The translations under genes were made by a program, and so were the position numbers. A stretch of 62,861 bases of DNA, filler included, from Octopus bimaculoides (taxonomy: Eukaryota), in assembly GCF_001194135.2 (NCBI RefSeq). It is 5 parts of 5 records of this genome, joined end to end, with 100 filler letters (N's around TTAATTAATTAA, not from the genome) between each part and the next. Parts side by side here need not be neighbours in the genome. Positions count along the whole stretch, not along the records: positions 23,897 to 39,181 come from NC_068992.1; positions 39,282 to 59,440 come from NC_068984.1; 3 more parts are not named here. One strand, 5' to 3'. This document shows, piece by piece, positions 38,786 through 51,223 of the stretch; the stretch's first letter is position 1; each line of letters opens with the position of its first letter. Below the pieces are notes generated by a model. It ran no database searches. It saw only the letters and a list, made by a program, of their open reading frames with translations, and had not been told where the DNA came from.

Positions 38786-38879
38786 ATTGATTTGATGAAC
38801 TTGAATACTTCAGCTGAATATAGATGCACACTCGATTACCCTGGTGCCGAGAAAAAAGGCTGTAAACTAAATCCCGCAG
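38786..38879 (+). CDS. PLAT-like gene exon B2 (duplicate of B1)
   Basis: tttttgcag|ATT...GCA G|gtaaat; IDLMNLNTSAEYRCTLDYPGAEKKGCKLNPA. Confidence 0.75.
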
Positions 38880-38931
38880 GTAAATTATATCCCATGTCTA
38901 TGTAGTTAGCAAGCTATATATATGTATACAG

Positions 38932-39059
38932 AGAGTGACAGAGAGAGAGAGAGAGAAAGAAAGAAAGAAAGAGGGGGAGAGAGAAAGCTGGGGAGAGAGA
39001 AAGCTGGGGGAGAAATCATTACTGATCCAAACAAGTTTCTGTGTAGAAGAAGTAAATGA
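38932..39059 (+). CDS. PLAT-like gene putative terminal exon C2
   Basis: gtatacag| acceptor; a GA-rich expansion stays in frame to GEIITDPNKFLCRRSK*. The implied intron is only 52 nt. Confidence 0.35.
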
Positions 39060-39300
39060 AGTTGAAGATGCTTGGAGAATATATGAAATTATTTGAATTT
39101 TAATACATACATAATACATCATTATCATCATTGTGTAACGTTCATCTTTCATGTATGCATGAGTAGGAAACACACACACATNNNNNNNNNNNNNNNNNNN
39201 NNNNNNNNNNNNNNNNNNNNNNNNNTTAATTAATTAANNNNNNNNNNNNNNNNNNNNNNNNNNNNNNNNNNNNNNNNNNNNTACATTAATCGTATTTCGG

Positions 39301-39340
39301 CCAGAGTTCTTTCGTCACACTTCTGCGATCTCATCAGTGG
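39301..39340 (-). ncRNA. Minimal hammerhead motif with a 1-nt bulge in stem II (assembly duplicate at 39520-39559)
   Basis: CCA-CUGAUGA-G(A)UCGCA-GAAG-UGUGAC-GAAA-G-AA-CUC-UGG. Confidence 0.55.
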
Positions 39341-41566
39341 TCCTTTGCTTTCTTCTCTCTTATTTGTGTGTCTTTCCTTACTAACGATCAGCCATTTTGT
39401 ATTTTTCTATGGTTTAGTCTGTTTTTAAGGGACTAGCTTTGAGAGTTGCATTTCCTCGTGTTCGGTAAAAATGTGTTTATTATGNNNNNNNNNNTTATTT
39501 TACATTAATCGTATTTCGGCCAGAGTTCTTTCGTCACACTTCTGCGATCTCATCAGTGGTCCTTTGCTTTCTTCTCTCTTATTTGTGTGTCTTTCCTTAC
39601 TAACGATCAGCCATTTTGTATTTTTCTATGGTTTAGTCTGTTTTTAAGGGACTAGCTTTGAGAGTTGCATTTCCTCGTGTTCGGTAAAAATGTGTTTATT
39701 ATGGTAGTTTGACCTTAGAGTCTCGCTTAGCGTGAGGCATTCAAGTTTAGTAATGCCCTTATATAAATATATATATATATTTATGCATGTGTATATATTA
39801 TATGTAAACACATGCATAAATGATTGCATAAATGATTGTATAAATGATTACACGCATACGTATGTACGTACATACATACATGTCTATATCTATATCGATA
39901 TATATATATATATAGAGAGAGAGAGACAGACAGACAGATGTATGGAATGAGAGTATGAGTAAGGGAGAGAGAGACAGAATGAGAGGGGAAGAAAGACAGG
40001 CAGGGAAACCTGATATATATAAGATATGCGGAAAATTTTGCCACAGATGGAAAATCTGTTTTTATTGTATTTTAATTTATATTTCTGAGATGTAAATATA
40101 AAATGTTCCTCACAACATTACTTAATTATTTTAACTTTAAAATAGTATATAAGGTTATAAATAGAGTTTACTACATACCTTTACTTTGAGTTTGATATCT
40201 GTGATACAGAATGATGCTCAAATGGTTTGTTTGGTGGAGTTTGTGACTTTCACAGTTTTATCAATATAGTTCGTTTCCTTTTACTTCTTTGTTTTTGGTG
40301 GGGAAGGGGATTTGGGGGGAGCATCGTAAGAGATTGTGGTTAACAGACTTATATCGGTTCATTTGTTTACATTCAAATTTGCTTGATCAGAGCATTATAA
40401 CTTATTCTCACGTCGACATTTAGAAACTAGTTCCCATCTTCTGATTAATGTTTCTGTAAATTTTGGTAAGGATGAAATATTCCCCTCATTGCAGAAAATT
40501 GCAATGGGGGTTTTCCTTTAGCTAAAGTGCAATGTTAACTAGATCTCGTCCTAATCCTTAATATGACATCCCTACACAGCTTATACTCCTGTCTTATGTA
40601 AAGTACTATTATTTAGTGTTTATTAAAGGTAAACTTTTTACAATTGTTGTTGTTGATTCAAGGATCTTTCGTGCCTTACCGTTAGTTTGAACCTCTGTCA
40701 CAAATCCCCGACCGTAGGTGATTTATTCCACGATTTATCTGTTTTTATATTTTATTTCATTATGATTCTGGGGTCGAAATAAATAAATCAAATTCCTGAA
40801 AAATCAGAGTAGACAGGGCCTAAATAGACATAAGAAGCGCTGGTAACTGCCGAGTTGAAAGTCTAATAAGGATAAATGTGAAGCAGGATCTGGCATTACA
40901 TATCCTGCCGCGTGATCAATTGCCGCCATTTAATTTTGACGAATGAGTAATTTTTATCTGGTCTTAGTTAATCTATTCTTGAAAGCACTTCTGTGTTTGT
41001 CTCTATGAAAATGTTTTTGGTTGTGTATTGAGGTAACTGTGTAGATGTAGATCAATGACATTTTTAACACTTATTTTGATTGATTCGGACCTGGCAATAC
41101 GCTTGCCTCACTCGTCATAATTTCTCTTTCGCAGCCTCTCACGATTACAAATTATGGATATTATCGTAGTTATAGAATATTAGGAGTATTATTTTCTGTG
41201 AATATTTTATATATTGTCAGCTATTCATGATTCTGTAATTGAAGTGTAAACTGTTGTATATTAGCCTTTTTTTCTTTCTTCTTAACAATATTCCTCAGCG
41301 GTATTTGCTAAGTACTTTTTACTAATACAATACTATTTTTTTTCTACTTCTGTGTTCATAAATAATTTTACCCATGAGTTTCTCAGTATAAAAAATGTCG
41401 ACAGTATTTGGTGTAATACTTATTGTGTAGTTGCATTGCTACCCTGCAAAACCCATCTTCATTTATGTATTTGAACTGCATAGCTACATTATAAAATGAA
41501 AGCATGAGACAAAACAAATTGAAAAAAAATCTCTTAAATTCTTCTCAGATTTAAGAAAATGAGCCA

Positions 41567-43212
41567 TTGGATATTTTTCAAAAACTTTCGAGATCATTTG
41601 AGAGTAGGCCAACGCTGCCGCAGATACTTAATCATAACGTCGCAGAAATTAGAAAAGTGCTTTGTTGCTTCATACACAATAGTAAGCTGATTGCTAAAAC
41701 AGAAAATCAGCACAAGATTAATGAGTCAGTCATCATGCCTTCATGGTCAACAATATCTTACGTCATGAATTTGAGTGCCAACAAAACTATTCAGGCAATT
41801 CCTTTGAGTAATTCCACTGTTGCCAGAAGAATCGATAAGATGGCGCGTGACATTGAAGAAGAGTTAGTCATTTCAGTTCAATCGAATAAATTCTCTTTTC
41901 AAATAGACAAAAACTACTTTGCAAAGTTTATATAAGATTCTGAGGTTATGTAAGATTCTGGAAAGGGAATGAATTGATGGAAAGGATGTTATTTGTTCAG
42001 AAGATTAAAATAGATACAAAGGGACTGTCTGTTCTTGAAGTAGTTAAAGTTACCTAGGCGTAAACAATAATCCAACAAATATAACTACTTGTTCAACTGA
42101 CGGTACCACTTCTATGACTGGTTATTAAAGATGATTCTTCGCCCATCTAAAAGGACCATACTGGTTGTGCGCATCATTCACTGCGTAGTTCATAGGGTTC
42201 ACCTAGTAACTTAAAACTGACGAAGACGTCTCAATCTTTCGCTTCGGCTGTCATAAAGATATAAACTTTACCAAACTCTTCTGGAACGCCTCTTCCAACA
42301 ACTATGTGAATAAAATGGTGAAGACTTTCAAAACTCTACTGTTGCATATCGAGGTGAAGTGACTTTCTAAAGGAAACTATCTTCAACGTTTTGAGACGTT
42401 CTTAGGCATATCTGAGTCTTCTTCTATTCTCTTTATTAGACTTTCATGTCTCAGTTTATTAAATACAGCAATACAGATTAAAGCAGTAGCCTCATAGACA
42501 GTAAGGAAGCATTTGTTCCTTTCCTTAAGAAACTCGAAGTATATTGGCACAACATAAGGCTTTGGAATTTTCACAATTTCCAAACCTAGGAATAATCGAT
42601 TTGGTACTGAAAAACGATGAGCTTATTAATTTATGTGAATCATCTTAACAGATACAAATATATTCAAGAAAAATTTGATGCCTTTTGAACCTAGGTGTCC
42701 TGGAACAGACTTTTAATCCTTTTAAAATTGAAGCTACTGAAGTTGAGGTAGAGGTTCAAGAGGATTTCATTTATCTTTAAACTAATACAATTGTACTTCC
42801 TCAATTCGATCTGTTTCATAAAAATTTGGGGATCAAAATTAATCTGCCAAATATATTCCCTGTACTGTGGAGAAAGGTCCAAATATATTTCATTGCATTT
42901 CCACCAGCGTATTTGGTCGAGTGCAGATTTTGTTGCCTTATCAAAATCAAAGAAAAAGTCTTGAGATCGCAACAATATCATAAAACTTGTCGGAAAACAA
43001 CAATCTTGAGGATCGCATTAGTTATATTAAATATTAAATCTTAACTTCATGCATTTCTTATTCAGTTATGTCTTATGTCAAAATTCTAATTTATTTGTGT
43101 TCACTAAATTATTTTCTATTTCTGCTGATGTCCCCTTTGTTTGACAAAGGCCTTAGAATCTAAGTAGAACTTTTAAGAAGGTCCTGAGGGGGAAAAAATG
43201 GTTGAGAAGAGC
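41567..43212 (+). mobile_element. hAT (Buster/ZBED5-like) transposase remnant
   Basis: 'AIPLSNSTVARRIDKMARDIE', 'STDGTTSMTG', 'HCVVHRVHL', 'LLHIEVK*LSKG' and 'FPVLW...AFPPAYLVECRF'. TIR-like 'ggttgagaa' near 43200. Confidence 0.8.
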
Positions 43213-44135
43213 TAAGTGTATATATATTATATATTTTGTGCATGTATATGTGCGTGCAGATGGTTGGATAGATGGATGGTTACATAGGTCTATGAGACAA
43301 GGGATTCACCTGCAACGACTGACAAACTGTACAAAGCTTCTTATAGATTGACTGCGACAGTATTCCTGCTGATCATTTTGATGTAAATGTTTCCTGGCAT
43401 GTAGCTACCTAGACAAATAATCAATTCAATTCAGGTTAGGTTGTTGTTGTTGCTGCTGTTACTTTTGTTGTTATTTAGGTCCAAATTACCCTTTATCGAG
43501 CAGACCTATGATCAAAGACGTTCCATTTATAACCACCTTGCCTCTTTATATATCTTGCACTACATTCTGGATTCGCTTGTATGTGATTTTAAGGAATTTG
43601 GCTGCTACTTCTTGCAAGCCCAGTGACCTTGTAGAAGCTCGTTCTTTGAATCCATTTCTGATGAACTGATACAGTTACAGTGGATATGACATGTGCTGAA
43701 GCGTTTTTTCCAATTCTCTAGAGCTCTTAAGAGAAATGATTTCCGTGTTTTAAACATCGAAATCTGTCTTAAATCGAGAGACAAACCACCAGAAAAGAAG
43801 AGGCTACGTTTTACTGAGTTAAGTAAAATAATATTTGAGAAAAAACGTTGTACATAGTCTAACAATTGTTAGATATGGATTTGTCATGTTAGTGATCAGA
43901 TGGTGCTCACCCACTATTGGAGGAGGGGTTAGTAGACTCCCTAGATGTCTAATCAAGATATTCTAAATTTTGCTTCATGGAGATGGGGTGATATATTTTA
44001 ATCGCAACCACAGAAGAATTGAAAGAGTTTGCAATTCAGATATAAGTTGAAAAATTTTTCTTCAGATTCAGATTAACAGAAAGCTAACGCAATATAATGT
44101 AGATTTTAACAAGTGTTTTTTACAATTTAGCTTCG

Positions 44136-44167
<32 letters not shown>

Positions 44168-44622
44168 CATACATGCAAGCACGTATGTATGTATGTATGT
44201 ATGTATGTATGTATGTATGTATGTATGTATGCGCATATTCACTTCTTCGAAACATTTATATAGCTTGTGGAGTATTTTCGTAATTTTAAAGCGGAATTCC
44301 GGAAATTGAGTTATGATCTGTTCTGTCACGAATTAACTACTATTTCTTTAACGTTATCATGAAAACTTGAAATTTGATAAAGAAAAGCATTGAATATTTC
44401 TTGAATTTTTCTATAAGTTGCAATGAAAGAGATTAAGAGATTATAAATTTCTGATATGATTTTGATAGAATGCAGTAAGTTATGATATTCAAGATTGAAG
44501 GTATCTCTGAGAAATTTTGCCAGGTAATATTGTGATCGTTCTCTTTTCACAATGGGAATGAATATTTAGGAAATGGGTGTTGGCAGTCTTGTCAATAGTA
44601 TGGGATCCGAGCATTCTTTTCT

Positions 44623-44657
<35 letters not shown>

Positions 44658-45287
44658 NNNNNNNNNNNNNNNNNNNNNNNNNNNNNNNNNNNNNNNNNNN
44701 NNNNNNNNNNNNNNNNNNNNNNNNNNNNNNNNNNNNNNNNNNNNNNNNNNNNNNNNNNNNNNNNNNNNNNNNNNNNNNNNNNNNNNNNNNNNNNNNNNNN
44801 NNNNNNNNNNNNNNNNNNNNNNNNNNNNNNNNNNNNNNNNNNNNNNNNNNNNNNNNNNNNNNNNNNNNNNNNNNNNNNNNNNNNNNNNNNNNNNNNNNNN
44901 NNNNNNNNNNNNNNNNNNNNNNNNNNNNNNNNNNNNNNNNNNNNNNNNNNNNNNNNNNNNNNNNNNNNNNNNNNNNNNNNNNNNNNNNNNNNNNNNNNNN
45001 NNNNNNNNNNNNNNNNNNNNNNNNNNNNNNNNNNNNNNNNNNNNNNNNNNNNNNNNNNNNNNNNNNNNNNNNNNNNNNNNNNNNNNNNNNNNNNNNNNNN
45101 NNNNNNNNNNNNNNNNNNNNNNNNNNNNNNNNNNNNNNNNNNNNNNNNNNNNNNNNNNNNNNATATATATATATATATATACACCCACATACTTATACTG
45201 ATGAAATTAATTAAAATATTTATGTATTTATTTTTTCTCCTTCCGTTCCTATCTAAATGTTGTTTTTGTTTTTTTCTTTTTTCTCAG

Positions 45288-45496
45288 TTGGCGGTGGCTC
45301 AGCTGGATGTGTGCTCGCTTCACGACTTTCTGAAAATGAAAACAATACTGTTTTACTTTTAGAAGCCGGTAATGTTGAAACTGGAAGTATGTTTGTGAGC
45401 ATTCCAGCTGGAGTGGCGAAGTTGTTTAGATCATCCTATGATTGGCAATATTTTACAGAGCCACAAAAACAAAGTTGTCAGGCACTTAATGAAAAG
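45288..45496 (+). CDS. GMC oxidoreductase (glucose/choline dehydrogenase-like), FAD-binding exon
   Basis: ttctcag|TT GGC GGT GGC TCA GCT GGA...GAA AAG|gtaac encodes VGGGSAGCVLASRLSE...VLLLEAG (GxGxxG); phase 1-0. Confidence 0.92.
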
Positions 45497-46115
45497 GTAA
45501 CACTAGTCGTGGCTTTTTTATAATTTTCATAAATCTTTCATATGATTTTTACTCTACTTCCAAAATTATTTATGTCTAAATTATTTTTCTTTTTTAAAAA
45601 ATATCATTTTATAAATGATATATGCCTAGTTAATTATATAACAACTAACTATGGGTAGTAAGCTACGAAATTCTTACATTCAATCGATTTCTTATTATTC
45701 AAACTACCTCATGGTCCCAGTAGACAAAATGGAAAAGGTGTTGCTCCGGAGGATGGCGAGAGAGATGTGCTGTAACAGGCACTCTGACTCACGGGGCTCG
45801 CACTTACGGATAGCAATCTCCGCTCCGATAGCAGTGAGCAGGGATATGGCACGGTGACACGGTGACCGAGAACGCCAGAGGTCTCCACTGCTACAGGGTC
45901 GACCATAAACCTGTCAGAGCGCGACCGGTACTTTTATAAATTAAAGGTCAACCTCAAAGATTCAAGGAATAGTAAAACCATAATTTCAAATTAATTATCA
46001 TTTGAGATGGCTTAAAATTACCAAATGCGTAGTAGATGTTTGCATTGAAATTGTCAGGAAATATTCAGAAATTATTTTTTTTACTCACCCACTAATCTTT
46101 TGTTGTGCATTTTAG

Positions 46116-46305
46116 CGAAGTTACTGGGCCAGTGGAAAAACTTTAGGAGGTTCCAGTAGTATAAATTTTATGATCTATGAACGTGGAAACCACTACAACT
46201 ATGATGAATGGGCAGCCAGAGGCTGTGAAGGCTGGAGCTACGATGAAGTTTTGCCTTATTTTATGAAATCAGAAGGTAATAAAATCGAAGAGCTAGAAAA
46301 TTCGG
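46116..46305 (+). CDS. GMC oxidoreductase exon
   Basis: ttttag|CGA...TCG G|gtaag; [24 protein letters not shown]...[15 protein letters not shown] (GMC signature 1); phase 0-1. Confidence 0.92.
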
Positions 46306-47534
46306 GTAAGGCATCTTTTCAGAATATTTATGTATATAATTCTGAAATAAATTTTATTCAATCATCATTTTAAAATATTACATTCGAACCAGTAATAAAG
46401 CAATTAATTAAATTTTTCGAAAGTTAACTCCTTATGACAACACAGTCCCGCTATTTCAGCATGCTTAGGATCTGGAAAGTGCCGGATTATCAAATATGCG
46501 AGTGTATTGGAACATAGTCAAAAACTTTTTTTAACCAAGTCATAAGATATGTAGCTATGTTTCAGCAGCCTCAATATCTGCTGGATCTAGGAAGAGCTCA
46601 GAAACTAGGGAAATGGAGTTGGTGATTGTGAAGCTTTCTTAACAACAACCATTACCCACGCGGTATGAGCTAGTCAACTGGGAAGTAGTTACATAGTCAC
46701 TTGACCTGCCAAAATTGGCAGCTAAATATCCCCTAAATTACACTCAGCCGACTTAAAAGGCAGAAATACATTCAATAATATAACCCTTGATTCTTACTGC
46801 CCCCAAAAAGGGATAAGTTATTCATGACTAGAACGTCTTTGATCATAGGTCTACTCGCTAAGGACTAGTCTGGGTCTAAGCACCAGAAATTGGGCAATGT
46901 AGTTGTATATATTAAAAAGGCCAATGGTTCATAACTGGAATGCCTTTGATCATTGATCTACTTGATCAGGATTGATCTAGGGTTAAACATTATAAAGATA
47001 TATGCTGTGCAACTAGGATCTTAAAAGCTTATTTCTGAATGCAGATACAAACTAATGTGTACTGTTGGATTTATTAGTTACTACACTAAAGCCTAGACAA
47101 GGAGATGAAGGCTTTATTGATATCGATTATTTGCTTTTGGTTCTCATTCATATATACGTTTTGTAATAGTATCCATACTTATCGAATATTTTTTCCAAAA
47201 ATTATCTCCCAAAACTCTATCTGGGTCTTCTATGCGAAGCTGGGCCTCGATAAGATAACTTTGTCCTTGTCATTCACTACTATTTGTTAATTTTAATTTA
47301 GGTGATCTCTTTTACTTAGACTGACTCCATAATAATAATATTTACTTACGCATTATTGTTATTACTTGAACATTATTTGTATTACTTTTACTATAATGAC
47401 ATAGGATATTTTCACTAACAGGATTTCTTGTTTTGTGTTCAACTCTACAGCTAACTTACTTTTTATATTCAGTAATGTTTTCTGCTATAGCTAGTTACTT
47501 CTGCAACATACTACTAGATTACTTTAAATATTTG

Positions 47535-47745
47535 TTTCAAATTTTGGCACGAGACCAGTAGTTTCAGGGGAGGGAGGGAATCGATTTCGTCGATCCCAGT
47601 GCTCAACTGGTACTTATTTTACCGACCCCGAAAGGATGAAAAGCAAAGTTGACCTCGGCGGAATTTGAACTCAAAACATAGCGATGGCCGAAATGCCGCT
47701 AAACATTTTCCCCTGCGCGCTAACGATTCTGCCAGTTCGCCGCCT
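47535..47745 (-). mobile_element. tRNA-derived SINE
   Basis: Reverse complement of the 15178/28940 family. Confidence 0.8.
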
Positions 47746-48175
47746 TGATTGCTTAATGTACTAAAATATTCTTCTTCAGGATACACTGCTGAAATTGGGA
47801 TGTTTTTAATATACCTTTTATATCATCAAATACGATAAATCAAAAGGCATGCAAACAAGTATTTTAAAAGTATACCACGAAAGAACAAGTAATTTCTGCT
47901 ATCGATATTTATTAATATTTTTACATATATTATATATTNNNNNNNNNNNNNNNNNNNNNNNNNNNNNNNNNNNNNNNNNNNNNNNNNNNNNNNNNNNNNN
48001 NNNNNNNNNNNNNNNNNNNNNNNNNNNNNNNNNNNNNNNNNNNNNNNNNNNNNNNNNNNNNNNNNNNNNNNNNNNNNNNNNNNNNNNNNNNNNNNNNNNN
48101 NNNNNNNNNNNNNNNNNNNNNNNNNNNNNNNNNNNNNNNNNNNNNNNNNNNNNNNNNNNNNNNNNNNNNNNNNNN

Positions 48176-50459
48176 NCCCCAGTACTGGGACAAAAGAGTT
48201 CAGGTTGGACCATTTTGCCCCATAAGAATTTTTATTACATTTTGCCATATTCAAATACATACTCGTGTGTATTATTCTGGAATACATCTTTTATTCATAA
48301 AAGAACTGAAAATGACAGAAATGAAGGTAAACTATGATCATGAGAAATGCTGTTTCCTGCTCTCAGTTTGCATACCCACCCCACCCTGAAGTATCATGGA
48401 TTCTTTTTTTTTTTTTTTTGCTGAAGACACAGAAATAATGCTCAATGTGACTGGTCAGCAAGGTAGCTGATTAGGGGACACAAAGTTCATAAATGAATGT
48501 AACGTCATCAATCCCAACCCCAGCACACTTTTGGTGTGCCCATTCTTTGCACAGCTGGCATTCAATCCAATTTTCTGTTGGGGGTTCTCGATAAAGTTCG
48601 TCACAGAAAATGCCTTGTCTGTTGTTTTTGATGTGCAGGCTGGTATCTTCAGCACACTTCCTAGGGTCTTGGGTTTGCGAGCATTTCCCCTTGCTGTTGG
48701 TTTAGTTGTTGGTTTTTTCATGGCTTTAGCTGACAGAGAATCATTAAAGAGTGAACTGGTGAGGCACTCTGAAGTTTGAGCTCTTCTTTTTCATACTGTA
48801 GCCTGAGTTCCTGGAACAGGCGACAAGGAAACAACAGAGATTCTTTGTTATGGTGAATTGTGTAGGCCTATCTATGTACCTTCTTGACTTTTTCATCCAT
48901 CTGCACCTTTGACAGATGGATCATAAGACTGTGAGGGTGCAGGATCTACTTGTGGCTGTTCCTATGATGGTGCTGGACTTTCTTTAGGATCAGCAACTTC
49001 AGTGACTTCTGTCGAAATGTAATTGACATCACCAAACACATCCGGCGGATTTTATGGCCAGATCCCAGCGCAACGAAATTCACTGCAAGTATTCTGAGCC
49101 GTTGCAGCTCGTATGAAGGCCAGCCCAAAAAGGTAGTAACTTTGAAACCATCTACCCGCTGACCTGGATGATCGATGATCCACTTGTTAATTTTCTGGTG
49201 ATAAAAGGTTTTGAGGAGCGCAAAAAAGGCCCTGACTACGGGCTGTAGCTTGTGGCTGGTATGAGGCGGAATTGATACCATGATTACGCCATGTTTGCGA
49301 GCTAGCTCAATTGCATCCAACTTAATGTGGCTGATGTGATTGTCCAAAAGGAAGAGCACTTTTCTCTCAACAGATGGATTTGCATGTTGAACGAGATGGC
49401 GTAGCCACTTAGAAAAATGTTTCTCGATCCATCCATCCATTTTCGCTTCCATAAGCAACTGAACATTCTGGTGCTCCATGAAGCAACGGGTCAGCTATGC
49501 GCTTCCTCTTGAAGATAAATGCAGGCGGTATGAAATGCTCGGTGACGCCCATTGGACACACAGTTCGTCCTTTCTCAGCACTAACAATTCGTCCAACCTG
49601 CTTCGCTCTCTTCAGTGAGATGACTTTTGGAACTCTCTGCACTAAGGACAGACCTGTTTCATCCATGTTGAAAATCCGATCATCTGTGAAATGGTGCTGC
49701 TGGTAAATTTCTTTTAGAACATCAAAAAATCTGCCAACTTGGACCCTGTTAAATGCTGCAGTACGATCAACACTCGTTGACTGAGCAATGCGCAGGTTGA
49801 GTGTTGGATGGCGCTTTTAAAAAACAAACGAGCCAGTCCGCTCCAGTTTCTCTTTTTTCTTTATTGACTTTATGGGGGATCTTGCTGGCCTCAGTAACCT
49901 CAAAAGCCAAGGAACGCAAACCTCTTGAAGTGAGACCATAAAAAATCCATTGCAGGTAGACACAGTGCTCTAGCAGTTCCTCCTCAAAATTTTTTAGTGT
50001 TGGCTGAAAATGCCATAAAGAAACCTGGCCAGGAGAAGACACTTTGTCTTCCAGGTGTCTCTTCAAGGTTGTCTTGGGGACTTCATGCTGCTTTGCTGCC
50101 TGGTGAAGAGAACTTTCTTGTTGGTCAGATTGCATGGCTGCCTGTAGGTTATCTGGAGTCCAAGAGCCTCTTCCAGTTTTACGAATGTAATATCTGACCA
50201 TCTGAAAATAATAAACAAAATGGGATTAAGAAAGTAAGATAAAACTCATGCACACTCACACCCACACAGACACCGGCGCTCACACCCCTACACACACACG
50301 CACACACTCGCATTTGCATACAAATACACCCAAACAAATACACCCACATACACATACATGCACACGCACACATACACAACGCGCACGTGCACATACACAT
50401 GCACACACACATGCACACGCATGTAGATACATACACAAACACACAAGCACCCACGCACG

Positions 50460-50506
<47 letters not shown>

Positions 50507-50959
50507 ACACACATGCAAATAACATACACGCATATGGAGCAAAACGGGACAGTGGACCGTTTTGCCCCAACACCCTTTGGTCCGTTTTACCCCATTCAGG
50601 TTACAACAAAAAAATGTCTGCTCAGCATTCAAACCTAAGGAAAAATCAAGGCTGCTGTGGCTTAAACATTGACATTTGAAATGTTTCAAAATTTGATAGG
50701 CCATACTTACCTAAGGTGTTGGCATTTATTTCATTAACATGATATATTTGAAAGCAATACTTACATTGAATACTTAAATTTTAGTATTTTCCTTCCTTTG
50801 TCGTGAAAACTGCCGCCAAAATGAAACCTTTCGGGATGTAAGATCGAAGGGAAGTAACTTTGAATTAGAAAGCGTTCACGGCGGTTAAGTCCCATTTAGA
50901 TGTCTGAAATGGGGCTTGTCCGTTTTATCCCAGTGGTCCATCTTGCCCCGGTTTCCCCT
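48176..50959 (-). mobile_element. pogo/Tigger-like (HTH_psq + DDE_1) DNA transposon, frameshifted, inside a GMC intron
   Basis: ATG at 50201 'MVRYYIRK...SLHQAAKQHEVPKTTL'; 'MDETGLS'; 'LLDNHISH...PPHTSHKLQP'. Partial inverted ends 'actgggacaaaa' (about 48184) and 'ttttatcccagt' (about 50923). Confidence 0.88.
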
Positions 50960-51223
50960 TCTGCTTCATAAATAGTAGGACACACTTGACAATGTAGACC
51001 TTAATATACAAAATGACATAATGGTCGTAGATTGAACACCTTCGATTGCAAACTTTTCTCAGTATCGATCCGAGACTAAACAATGATTGTAATTATCATT
51101 ATACCACGTTTCAAATTAAATTAATTCAGGTTGTTAAGTATCAGGTTGCAAAGTAATAAGAAATTTAAATATATATGCTTAAATACATGTCCGATGATAA
51201 CATTTTATGTCACTTATTTCTAG

